Positions 13,331 to 24,896 of a DNA stretch of 64,000 nucleotides are shown piece by piece. The notes below the pieces were generated by a model. That model was not told the origin of the DNA, did not search any database, and worked only from the letters and a program-made list of their open reading frames with translations. Numbering within the stretch: the first letter of the stretch is position 1; each line of letters starts with the position of its first letter. Made by a program: the position numbers and the translations under genes. The DNA comes from Centroscyllium fabricii (lineage: Eukaryota). The stretch lies in the NCBI GenBank assembly GCA_051313645.2, contig JBNRSN020000010.1:9920001-9984000 (forward strand), written 5' to 3'.

Positions 13331-14859
13331 TGAGATTGGACTGAAGCGAACAATCTCTTTTAATGATCAGTCCATCCTGGCCAGCTCCGTCACCCACGTG
13401 TATCTAGGTGGATCGGTCCATTTACAATGATCAATGTGTATGGGTTGCACTGAATCCGTTAATTGACCTGCATCGCTGAGCATCACAGCCTACTCGTTCG
13501 GCACAAGGAAAGGAATCCAATCCTAATCACAGCGCATTTACCTGTAATGAGCAGCGGGGCAAATAATCTCATAGCTCAGTGACTATTCTCAGCTAAAGGA
13601 TGCTCAACTGCTTACTGCAGAGTTCAAAATGTCTGTCCTGACATAGTGTGTGCTTTAGACAAGACGGTAAAACAGCAGCAACAAAAGGGGTGCTGATAAT
13701 TATAAAAGCAAGAGGGAGGGAGGTGACTCCTCTTTTAATATCCCACAAGGTAGATTATGTACTTTGCTGGTAAAGAATACATTCCTGGTTGACTACCAGA
13801 ACAGCGATAGCAGTGACCATGACCTAGAATTTGAAAGGAGGGATCCAAGTGTAAATATCACTCCACATTTGGATGAGGCCAGCTCCAAATCGTGATGTTT
13901 ACCTGAATATCCGACTGTTCCATAGAAAAAGCGCATGAGCTTCACCGGCCAGGTGGAAAGAATGAGGTAAAACTGTAACCCGCCTGGTGTTTAGAAAATC
14001 AAGAGCCCCCGTGATATCGGTCAATGACATGTCGTGATGCAGCATGCCTATTTCAATCACTAGCAATAGTCCATTGTCAGTGGATCCTTAAATCACATCG
14101 CAAAGCCACATAGCATTTCCTGTAGTCCAAGTAATAAAATGAAATGGGCATTGAGGAGGCCGCCGTCGGACTGGGAAGATGTGTTGAGCCGCCAAAACAA
14201 AGGGTTTAACTACCAATCTCACAATATATAGCTGGGTAGAAGTGGATATCAGATGGCCGTGCCAGCCTATGTAAAGTACAGTGGACCAATGGCATGGAAA
14301 GTCTTCATGGGTTGGTGAGCCGGCATAGCGCTGCAGAGTAATGGATCGCTTGGGCAATGGGCAGAAAGGAAAATGATTGGAGGGCACACTGGCCCAGTTT
14401 TCTTTTTCCAGGCCGAATCGTACTCGCCTTGTTTTGCACTGTGTGTTCGTTGTAGTCGCTAATTTACTACCGATTGCGTAATGACAAATATCAGGAGTCT
14501 GGAATTCATGCCCTGTCTTATAAACATGCCGAGTGCAGTGCGACCTACTGGAAATTACTCCCATATGAGTGACCAAGCCATGTCTCCGGCAGAGCTTTCG
14601 CCGATGTCCTTAAATAAATAGCCAGGGGTGGCAAAATACCCATTTACCGCCCGATATTGAGTTGCAGTATCTGATTGGGCGGATCATGAGATTTGATGCA
14701 GAAATTACTGCAGCAATGGGATGGGAATTGTAGTCTTCAGTTTGTGAAACTATCTGGATCACAGCAGTGACTGAGGATGCCTGTTCCTCATACACTGAGC
14801 ACTCATATTCGCAAAACAGTTCAGCTTGTTCTTACTGTGTGAAATAAAACGTTGGACTA

Positions 14860-15020
14860 CCCAGGTTCATGGTCCTGCGGGTAGTAGACCCGCGGAGGGC
14901 ACAATCCAAGCCCAGTGGTAGGTGGTTGACCTTGGCAGTGAGGGTCACGGCAACAATCACTGCTTGGATACTGCAACGTGTAAAAGGTTCAGTGAACTCT
15001 ACGGCGCAGCCACGTTAAGA
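14860..15020 (+). mobile_element. Highly decayed Myb/SANT-like (Harbinger accessory ORF) remnant
   Basis: One frame reads W*VV...CKRFSELYGAA, resembling the W.EVA...QCRKKFNDL motif of Harbinger Myb/SANT proteins. Confidence 0.35.
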
Positions 15021-15069
15021 TGAATCTGTTCCGCATGTAACCGTGCACTATAATAACCATAGAGTCATA

Positions 15070-16327
15070 TGGGGAAACGTTGGCGATCGCCACGTTTGGG
15101 GCGCAATATTCGGCGCAGCGCTAAATTTAGCAGCTGACTAATATTAGCGCTACCAACAGCAAACTTGGATTTTACTGCCCCTGAAAGTGATTGCAGCGCT
15201 ACACCAGGGGTTACGCAGCTGTTCTAAGGCGACAAGGCTGCGAACTGAGGCACGACCTCATAGCATCGGCGCAGCTCTGTTGCTGTCAGCTACTGGCTGA
15301 ACAGATACACTGGCGCCGGCCAGCTCATAAAGTGGGGGGGGGGGGTCGGCCTCGCTCTCCACCACACCCTGCTCATTGGAGCCTTGAAACTCGGCCTGGA
15401 CGGACATGCGACTCCACGTTTCATCTATGGAGAGGGCCGGGGAGCGAGCGAAGCGTTTCACTGAGCGGGTCTTGGAAGTTCTTGTTGACGTATTGGAGCG
15501 CAGAAGATCCATTCTGCTTCCAGAGAGTAGCAGGAGACATGTGCCTCGCGAATACAGAAGATTGTCGAAGGAGGTGGCCTATTCTCGTCACCTCGAGGAG
15601 CATTACACCGGGACACACATCCAATGGAGTAAACAGATCAACGGCCTCACTCGGATCATCAGGGTGAGTGGAATTTATGTGAACATCTCTACATCCCTCT
15701 ATCTCAGCCGCACTCTATGTCAAGAGGGTCTTAAACCCCAATGCCCAACAGTCCCTATGGACCTATTAACAAAAATAAATGCAGATTCCACACTTTGCAT
15801 GCAGTAAGGGTTATTAAACCATGGCAAGCACTTCATATAACATCATTGCTGTACATTTGAAGGGATATTAAAACTTGTGAGGCACGTCTGACTACATCAT
15901 TGCTGTACATTATATGGGCTTTTGAACCATTGGAGGCACTTCATATTGCAGCATTGCTGTCTTTTTACTCAGATGCCGTGTTCTTTTTTTCCAGGCCTTA
16001 CTGCCGCAGACTAGATGATAACCGCAATGGACCGGTGGAGGGCCGCCTCAGCTCCACCCGGTCAGTGATCTGGAGCTGTGCGTTTAGCAGATCGTGGGAA
16101 GCCAGTTGACTGTTCCCGTCGCTCCTGGATCCGCCTACCCCGTTCTGGACAGCCAACGTATCCTGCTTGTTTTTAATCGTTGTTTACTGTTTCTATGTTC
16201 GTATCGCATGCTGGATAGGGACTGTTCTACATATGTCAGCGTGTCCGCACCTTTCACGAATCCCTTAATGCCATAACATTACTAATGTTACGATGTTCTT
16301 TGCAGCTCCAGCACAAGGATTTTGGCC
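15070..16327 (+). mobile_element. PIF/Harbinger transposon relic with a pseudogenised two-exon Myb/SANT-like DNA-binding gene
   Basis: From the ATG at 15427: MERAGERAKRFTERVLEVLVDVLERRRSILL...THIQWSKQINGLTRIIR. Donor AGG|GTGAGT at 15663/15664 and acceptor ttttccag at 15994. Exon 2 is in frame (ALLPQTR**PQWTGGGPPQLHPVSDLEL) with the TGGGP motif and stop codons. Confidence 0.7.
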
Positions 16328-16550
16328 GTATTCCAGATCATCTTCTCACCCCGTGCAGAGTCAGTGTAGACGTAGCTCAATAACATGTGTGGCTGGGTTT
16401 CCCAGGAAATAGCTCCAATACTAATCCTGTTCTCACACGGCTCTGTGTTGATAATCACACTTAATGGAACAAAATGCTCTCAGCAGTGATCTCCATATAC
16501 ATTTCAATCAGGCAGCGGTATATCAATTTTCTGCTCTCTATTTCTTACAG

Positions 16551-16639
16551 CGAACTTCTTCACAATTGTGAAACTCACCCGAGGATCTGTGGCCTTTCCA
16601 AATGTATCTCTGTCTAGATGGTGGCCATGGCAACAGCAG
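16551..16639 (+). pseudogene. Truncated paralog of the GPR139-like GPCR (start of exon 2)
   Basis: Acceptor tatttcttacag|CG AAC..., translating ANFFTIVKLTRG[frameshift]CGLSKCISV*MVAMATA versus ANLVTMVIIFRGNCGLSKCISVYMVAMATA in the intact gene. Upstream 16335-16550 matches the intact gene's intron. CR1-like sequence follows. Confidence 0.88.
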
Positions 16640-17105
16640 TAAGGATTGTTTTATTGACTTGATACAGTCCTTCCAAGAAAAAAAATGAGCGGGTTGATGA
16701 GGATAGTGCAGTTGATGGTGTGTCTATGGGTTTTAAAAATGCGTTTGATAAAGTACTACATGACAGCAAAATATATTCCAAAATTTAATATAAAATTGAT
16801 AACAGAAAAAGCAAGCTTAAGCTAAGTGCAAGGTAAATATTTCAGGGGAGCCCCAAGCTAAATAAAACTTACGGAGGGTTTTGATAAAGTAACAATGAAT
16901 ACATTGATACAGGCGGCAGTTTGCTTGTCAAGCAGAGGACACTGATTTATATTAATTGGCACAAAACGAGCCGGCACATAAAGTATAAAATAAATGAAAT
17001 AAATATGTAGCAGAGGAGTGGGAATTACTGGTTAACTCGTTCAAAAAGCCGGCACAGGCACAATGGACCAAATTACCTCCTTCAGTCCTGTATAATTCTA
17101 TTATT
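16640..17105 (+). mobile_element. Decayed CR1 fragment(s) following the GPCR relic
   Basis: gggttgatgaggatagtgcagttgatggtgtgtctatgggttttaaaaatgcgtttgataaagta resembles RVDEGSAVDVVYMDFQKAFDKV. A CR1-like 3' end reads ggcacaatggaccaaattacctccttcagtcctgtataattcta. Confidence 0.6.
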
Positions 17106-17684
17106 CTTTGATTGTATTATCTTCGTGCCATTGCTCACAGCCAGTCGCAGTGTAGGGTGTAAATATAACAAAGGCGGAACTAAGAAAGCGGAGATACTGA
17201 TTGTGGGAAGCGGATATGGAATCTTATAATATATTCGGGAGATGATGCTCACAGTGAAGAGCTCAGACTGCAGAGCAAGAGAGTGATTGCTCGGCTAGAT
17301 CGTCCTTTAACAGAAATTGGATTCCATCTGAAAACTATAGAATGTATCTGATTATTGCTAGAGGTTCAACTCAACCGCATCACACACTATACTGAATTAT
17401 TACAATTCATAAATAAAGATAACAAATTCTTAGAAATCATTCAAAATTGGAATCGAATGTTAACATATGGGTTTTAGGAGCAATTACCTGTGAGAAATTC
17501 ATCACAACCTTGCATCTCTTTCAAGAGCCGGATCCTGATATTTTTGGAAAAATTGCACAATCAAGATATGCAGGCCAGTAACCGGCTTCCAACATGCAAC
17601 GGTTCATTTTGAGTCTCAAATGTGTACTACAATTCCCAGAATGCAACAGTCCGTCTAACTGCCAATTCTGTAATGTAGAATATA

Positions 17685-18078
17685 CATAGAAACATAGAAA
17701 CATAGAAGATAGGAGCAGGAGTAGGCCATTCGGCCCTTCGAGCCTGCACCGCCATTCAATGAGATCATGGCTGATCATCCAAACCCAGCACCCCGCCCCC
17801 CCCACACCCCTATCGAGCCTGCACCGGCACATATCCCACCCTATGCCTGCAACCCCACACACTCAATCCCTCAACACTAAGGGTCAATGTATCATGGCCA
17901 ATCAACCAAACCCGCACATCTTTGGCCTGTGGTAGGAAACCGGAGCACCCGGAGGAAACCCACGCAGACACGGGGAGAATGTGCAAACTCCACACAGATA
18001 GTACCCGAGGCCGGATTTGAACACGGGTCTCCAGTGCTGTGAGGCAGCAGTGCTAACCACTGTGCAACCGTGCCGCCC
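17685..18078 (-). mobile_element. Full-length HE1-type V-SINE (tRNA head, V domain, CR1 tail)
   Basis: Minus-strand head gggcggcacggttgcacagtggttagcactgctgcctcacagc...gttcaaatcc with A/B boxes. V domain gtggagtttgcacattctccccgtgtctgcgtgggtttcctccggg. Tail ctcctgctcctatcttc(tatgtttc)n. Confidence 0.92.
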
Positions 18079-18253
18079 TAATACCCGACCCTAATCCTCT
18101 TTAGTCCAATTCCTTAGTAAGGAGTTAATGGATTGTTTGATGTATTCAACATCTTCCTCAGCATCTAACTTTCAGGTTATTAACATCCAGCTTTACAACA
18201 ATGGGAACTCCGCGACGTGGGAATATACTTGGATTTGCAAAAAAAGAAGATTC

Positions 18254-21200
18254 TGTGGCGACAAGCCCACCTGGACCATCGAATCCGCCTCGGGAGTACT
18301 GCGAGACGGCCCCGCCCGCCGTGCGGCGTGATGACGTCACCGCGACTTCCGGCGTGATGACGTCGTCAGGTGGACACCCGGCAGTGACGTCACCAACGGC
18401 GTGTCCTTTAAATACCCTGGTTCCAGGTGGCTCAGCCTCTTTGCTACCTGGCCATATTTGTGTTAACATTAAATGATTGTTTTCCGAATTTTCTGTGTCC
18501 AGCATGGTTCTTCAGGCCTGCATGCTCTACAGTGGTGACCTCGATACTTGGAACGAATTCCAAGGGAACATAATGAAGCAGTTGCTGCAGGACTGAGGGC
18601 CAAGCTGCCTCAGTTGAATCACAACCAACATGCCAGCAGGGAGCCAAACAGCACGACTCCACAGACTGGGCCAGAACTATGGCCAAATTCCAAACTTGCC
18701 AGAGTTCTGGGAACTACGTCCAGCGGCCTGGTTCCTCAGCACAGAGAACACCTACCGCATCCATGGCGCACAGGGGGATGATCGATACAGCCTGCTCTTC
18801 GCGGCCCTTTCACAGACCACGGTCGACCGAATGTGGTCATCGATAAAGCACGAACCAACTGCTTGCAGATACGAATCGCTTAAGGCCGCGCTGCTAAAAA
18901 AATTCACCCCCACCCAATTCGAGCACGACTGCCATTTCATTAACCTCCACGAACTCGGGGACGCAGGACCATAGGAACTCTGGGCCCAAATGGAAGTGCT
19001 CAATTGCGACCCGGCCACCATTAAGTGCGCCTTGTTCCTCCTCAAATTGCCCCCCTCCGTCAGACCGGCTCTGACGATCCTTGATCACTACACTAAAGAG
19101 CAAATGGCTGAGGAGACCGACAAGCTGATGAGGGCCGAGCACACCCGAGCCGCCACGTGCCAACCAACTGCTGCTCCACCGGAGCAGTACTACGCGCACA
19201 CCAGGTCTGGCCCCAAGTCCGAACCCAGGCCAGTGCATACCCGTAAAAAGCCATGCACCACAGGCACCGGCTGGTGCTACTACCACATCAGGTTTGAAGG
19301 CAAAGTGCAGCGCTTCGTCCAGCCCTGCACCTTCATACCCCAAACCAGCCCAAGCCCCACCCTGTCTGTAGGCCGCTCCGGAGCACTGCTCTTCGTCATG
19401 GAGAGCGGCTCAGGCCTCCGCTTCCTCTGCGACACAGGCGCGCAGCAGAGCATCGTGCCAGCCTCCCCCGCAGAAACCAAGCAAGGCACCCAAGGCCCAC
19501 CACTCGAAGCCGCAAACGGCTCCGAGATAGTTACGTTCGGCACCCGCCAGCTTACCATCAAGCTGGCAGGCCACACGTATAAGTGGGACTTCATCATAGC
19601 CCAAGTCAAAATACCCTTACTCGGGGCTGACTTTCTGTGTGCCCACGGCCTACTGGACGACGTTACCCAACGCCGCCTGGTCGACATCCACAACATGTCG
19701 ACCATCACATGCTCCACAGGGCCGGCACACCAGACCCACGCAGCATCCCACTGCCGAGCCCGGAACACCGACACATACGCCACGCTCCTCACGGAGTTCC
19801 CAGCCCTCACCAACCCCACCTTCACAGCCCGTACGGCCAAGCACGAGGTGGACCACCACATCACCACCACAGGCCCACCAGTCCATGCCCAAGCACGTAG
19901 GCTGGACCCGGCCAAGCTGGAGACCGCGCGCGCCGAGTTCCACATCATGGAACAACTCGGCATAATCCGCCACTCCAGCAGCCCCTGGGCCTCCCCCCTC
20001 CACATTTCCCCCAAACCCGGCGGCGGCTGGCGCCCCTGCGGAGACTACCGCCGCCTCAACAATGCCACCACCCCAGACAGGTACCCCGTCCCCCACATCC
20101 AAGACTTCTCAGCAAGGCTAGACGGCTGCACGATCTTTTCAAAGATCGACCTGGTACGGGGCTACCACCAGGTACCGGTGCACCCGGCGAGGGTCCCTAA
20201 GACAGCCGTCATTATCCCCTTCGGCCTTCTTCAATTCCTCCGAATGCCCTTCGGACTTAAAAACGCGGCCTAGGCCTTCCAAGGCCTCATGGACTCAGTC
20301 CTGCGGGACTTGCAGTTCACGTTCGTCTACCTAGACGACATCCTCGTGGCCAGCACCTCCCCCCAGGAACACCTCCTCCACCTCAAGGCCCTTTTCAACT
20401 GGATGGTCGAACATGGCCTCATATTAAGCCCCACCAAATGTCGATTCGGCCTCGAGACGATCGACTTCCTCGGCCACCACATCTCCCAGACCAGGGCCAT
20501 ACCCCTGCCCTCCAAGGTGCAGGCGGTCCAGGAATTTCCCCGCCCGCACTCCATCAAGGGGCTGCAGGAATTCCTCGGGATGGTCAATTTTTATAACCGC
20601 TTCATCCCTGGAGCAGCCGCCATCATGGCCCCCCTCTACCATGGCACTCGCGGCCAGTCCAACAAGGCTGCGGTCGAGTGGACGGCCGAAACCACCAGCG
20701 CCTTTAACGCAACCAAAACCGCCCTTGCCAACGCCACACTCCTCACCCACCCTAGGCCCAACGCCAGAGTAGCCCTCACCACCGACGCCTCCGACCACGC
20801 CGTCGGAGCAGTCTTTGTGCAGTGGACAGGCGACTCCTGGCAACTGCTGGCCTTTTTCAGCCGACAACTCCGGCCCCCGGAGGTCAAGTACAGCGCCTTC
20901 AATAGGGAGCTACTCGCTCTCTACCTCGCGGTGCACCACTTCCGCTTCCTCCTAGAGGGCCACCACTTTACAGCCTTTGTGGATCACAAGCCACTTGTGT
21001 CTGCAATGGCTAAGATCTCCGAACCCTGGTCGGCCAGGCAGCAGCGCCAGCTCACGGCTGTGTCGGAGTTACCACCGACATTCAGCACATCGCCAGCCAC
21101 GAAAACGTGGTCGCTGACTTCCTCTCACGCCCCACCATCAACTCCGTTCAAACGGCCGTTGAATACGCCAAACTGGCGGCCGACCAACTGACCGACCCCG

Positions 21201-22829
21201 ATCTGCTCGACACAGCTACCAACCTCCCTGGCCTGCTCTTGGCCACCGTAGCACACGGGCCCACAGCCACGGAGGTCCGCTGCGACATCTCACTCCCGCA
21301 GCCCAGAACCGTCGTCCCCCACGCATGGAGGCGACACATCTTCCAGACCCTCCATGACCTGTCCTACCCTGGCATCCGCGCGTCCAAAAGCTGATCTCTG
21401 CGCGTTTCATTTGGCGCGGCCTGCGCAAGGATGTCCGCGCCTGGACCAACACCTGCAATGCCTGCCAGCGCGCCAAGGTGCACAAGCACATCAAGTCGCC
21501 ACTTGAAAACGATCGCCATCCCAGCTAGATGCTTTAGCCACGTCCACATTGACCTGGTCGGGCCACTACCACCATCACGGGGATATACACATGTCATGAC
21601 CATGCTCGACCGCAGCACCCGCTGGCCAGAAGCGGTCCCCCTCTCCGCTACCACGACCGCGGACCTGGCCAGGGCATTCATTGCCACCTGGGTCGCACGT
21701 TTCTGCGTCCCCACCGACATCACGTCAGACAGGGGGCCCCAATTTACCTCAACCCTATGGGCAACCATCGCCCACGACCTCGGGGCAACCCTGCACCGAA
21801 ACACCGCCTACCACCCACAGGCCAATGGCCTCTGCGAGAGGTTCCACCGCTCCATCAAAGCTTCCCTGCGGGCCAGCATTAAGGACGCGACCTGGACCGA
21901 CCGCCTGTCCTGGGTAATGCTCAGCCTGCATTCAGCGACCAAAGAAGACCTGCACGCCTCAGCGGCGGAACTCGTCTATGGCCAACCCCTAACCATAACG
22001 GGCGAGTTCGTCGTGGAAACCAAAGAACCCTGGTCAGCCGACTGCTGCCTCAAGGAGTTCAATAACCAGGCAGCGGCGTTCAAACCACTTCCGGTGGCCC
22101 GGCACGGTGAGCCGGCAGCACATTTCCAAAGATGGCATGGAGAATGACAAGTATGTGTTTGTCCGCCACGACGCACTTCAAACACCACTACAGCCACCGT
22201 ACGACGGACCGTACAGAGTGCTTCGGGCGGGACCTAAAACGTTCCAGTTAAAAATGGGCAACAGAGCTGAGACTGTCTCAATCGACCGGCTCAAACCGGC
22301 ACACGTAATGGCGGGTGAGACAACAGTCTCCGCGCAGCCACCAAAGCGCGGATGCCCTACTGCACCACAGCCCAACCACACTCTCACGCAGAACAAGGAG
22401 CAGCGCACGACACGTGCTGGCCGCATCAGCAGGCCACCTCAACACCTCGCCTGAGACTCAACTTTTATGCTCCATTTTTTTATTTTACTTTATGCTCCTT
22501 TCTACTTTAGGTTAAACTTTGCTCTCCCTCACAGATTCTGGGGGGGAGCTTTGTGGCGACACGCCCACCAGGACCATCGAATCTGCCTCGGGAGTTCTGC
22601 GAGACGGACCCGCCCGCCGGGCGGCGTGATGACGTCACCGCGACTTCCGGCTTGATGACGTCGCCAGGTGGACACCCGACAGTGACGTCACCAACCGTGG
22701 GTCCTTTAAATACCCTGGTTCCAGGTGGCTCAGCCTCTTTGCTACCTGGCCATAGTTGTGTTAACATCAAATGATTGTTTTCCGAATTCTCTGTGTCCAG
22801 CGTGGTTCTTCAGGCCTGCATGCTCTACA
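18254..22829 (+). mobile_element. Ty3/Gypsy LTR retrotransposon 1, CsRn1-like clade, full length and decayed
   Basis: 278-bp TG...CA LTRs at 18254-18531 and 22552-22829, about 16 mismatches by eye. TSD ATTC on both sides, PBS TGGTGACCTCGA (tRNA-Trp type), G-rich PPT at about 22540-22548. Confidence 0.97.
18630..22454 (+). pseudogene. Disrupted single gag-pol ORF of Gypsy 1
   Basis: Gag LPEFWELRPAAWF, PR LCDTGA, RT YLDD, RNase H TTDAS, IN HIDLVGPL / TSDRGPQF / GPY. In-frame TAGs end at 18974 and 20273, followed by frameshifts downstream. Confidence 0.93.
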
Positions 22830-23849
22830 ATTCCTTGTATTTGATGTCATGGTCCCCTTCAACACACAAAAAACGAATTGGTCTGTTGTACTTCAATGGA
22901 GTGCATATAATTGTGTCGCTAGATTGGATTCGTTACAATCGCGAAAGGCAGCACCACTAGCTCATTAACAACTGTGAGGATAATTAGGATAAATCGGCAA
23001 ATTAGCAAAATATCGTTTAATAATAGATTTTCTATTATTACATCCTAACCTGCAGGACATGAAGCGACAGGTGAACTCCATTTAAGGCATGTTGTTGATG
23101 CTATTCGCTTATTTAAAGATATTTTATCTGCTTTCTTCGTTCCCTGTCTTGAATACTAAACTCCTCATATTGAAATTCATCAGTTTATCTTTGCCTGTGT
23201 AACGCAGCACATGGATAATGCAGTTTATTTACAGAAAGTTATTTTTGTCATGAGATAAACTATTCACAATATAGTTGTGAACTTCGGAGCACGATAAATA
23301 GGTTTGTGTTGAATGCCCCTCCTGGTAATTCAATAAATAGCATACAGAATACAGTTACTCAGTGAGCTGAAATGTTCCGCCCCGCCGACTATGTTTCTAT
23401 TAATTTAACATTTTGAACGTGCAGGTAATTATGGTTGAACTCCTTGCCACGGTGAAGAACTTGAGTAATGTATCCACTCTGCTCGTTACATTGGACCTGA
23501 CATTAGATCAACTGGAGGTTTCCACTTTTCAAAAGATTGAAAACATGATTTATTATAATTTCAATACTAGAATTGTGAATCGCTAGAATCTGTTATTACG
23601 TGCGGAAATACAATTTCTATGATTAGCTTACCTGAAGAGCCCGCACAGGCGAAATGAGGTAAGCCGAACACTTCCTGTGACAACAATACAACATTTCATT
23701 GGAGATCTTTCTCTCAGATACTCATGGAGTCATTCTTGAAACAAAGGGGGATCGGAAACTGGCAGAGTGCGTGGTTCATGTAACTGGCAGAGTGAGGAAA
23801 CCCGTAAGACTGAGATCGTGAAGATTGTGGGATCCGACAGAAAGGAAGT

Positions 23850-24460
23850 GAACCAGGTGAGCCGGGCCATGATGAGAAGGAGATCGGGAAGATTCCAACA
23901 AATCAAAAATTGGAGATAGGCCCAATTTGGATATATAAAATATCAATTGCATTTTGTTCTCAGCTTTTAAATACCGATCGGATAAAAGGGAATAACAGCG
24001 AAAGAATAAAATCGTTAAAGGAAGAGGTTGGGTCCGGTTCAAAGTGAAATTGGTTAACATAATGGAAATTAATTAGGCTTATATTAAATTGTTGATTATA
24101 AAGAATAATAGAGAATAATATTCTAAACAGAGCAAGAAAGACATCAAGGTGATAATGGAAGCACCGGATGTGTTGTCTCGGGTGGGGCATCGTCCACAGG
24201 GTGAAAACCTGAAAACTTCCGACATGGCTCGAAATTGGGATAGTTTTCCATCGAGCACGCAACGTTCAGGAAAGCTTTGTTCAAAATTATGAGGGGTTTT
24301 GACGAAATAAGGCAGCATTGTTTCCAATGGCAGTAACTTTGGTAATCATGTCCAGAAATTAAGGTAATTGGGAAATGATCCAGCGAGGAGTTGAAGATTT
24401 TTTTTTTACATAGGGAGCTGTTATGATCCGGAAGTTTACCGGAAGAACATTACCACTCCC
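23850..24460 (+). mobile_element. Very decayed CR1 remnant
   Basis: gttcaaaattatgaggggttttgac...tgtttcca and tttttttacatagggagctgttatgatc resemble the CR1 ORF2 C-terminus (FKIMRGFD; FFTQRVV). Confidence 0.45.
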
Positions 24461-24469
24461 TTCTCGACC

Positions 24470-24896
24470 AGCCCCATCCCAACGCGCTTCACATTCAATG
24501 ACGGACTTCTTAAAGTGCAGTTACTGTCATAATGTCGGAAGCGGGAGAGACAATTTGAGCACAGACAAGCTCCCACGCTCAGCAGTGATATAAAGACCAG
24601 ATGATCTGTTTTTGTGATGATGTGCGAGGAATGAAGATTGGCAGAAATTTGTGGAAAATGACCATGGTCGTCTTTAAAATAGTGCTGAGTGATATTTTAT
24701 GTTCTTCTGACAGAGCAGCCGTGGCCTCGGTTTGATGTCCCATCTGAAATACGGCACATCTAACAGTGCAGCACACACTCAGTACAGAACTGAGGTGTCA
24801 GCATTGATGTTGTGTTATAGTATGTGGAGCGGAGCTTTCACCCACTGTCATTTGATGCAGAGGCGAGAGTGCTACCACAGAGCCACTGCTGAACAC
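24470..24896 (-). mobile_element. DeuSINE (SacSINE1-like: tRNA head, Deu domain, L2-type tail)
   Basis: Minus-strand head cagcagtggctctgtggtagcactctcgcctctg. Deu-domain-like tgctgcactgttagatgtgccgtatttcagatgggacatcaaaccgaggcc. L2-like tail ...aagcgcgttgggatg. Confidence 0.75.

Larger units (their letters stand above)
1..13405 (+). repeat. Segmental duplication, copy A (homologous to 53771-62788)
   Basis: Positions 1-60 match 53771-53830 with 6 mismatches. Collinear homology continues to cacgtgtatct (13405) versus cacgtgtgtct (62788). With private insertions removed, both copies are about 8.35 kb. Confidence 0.95.

Noticed and set aside
14088-14576. 162-aa minus-strand ORF
   Set aside because: No recognisable motif, non-ATG start, and it lies among decayed transposon-like sequence.
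15406-15807. Domesticated host gene (NAIF1/MSANTD-like)
   Set aside because: Conserved Trp/Phe positions are decayed and exon 2 has in-frame stops, consistent with a transposon relic.
17990-18078. tRNA gene (also 24830-24896)
   Set aside because: These are tRNA-derived SINE heads continuous with V or Deu domains and LINE tails.
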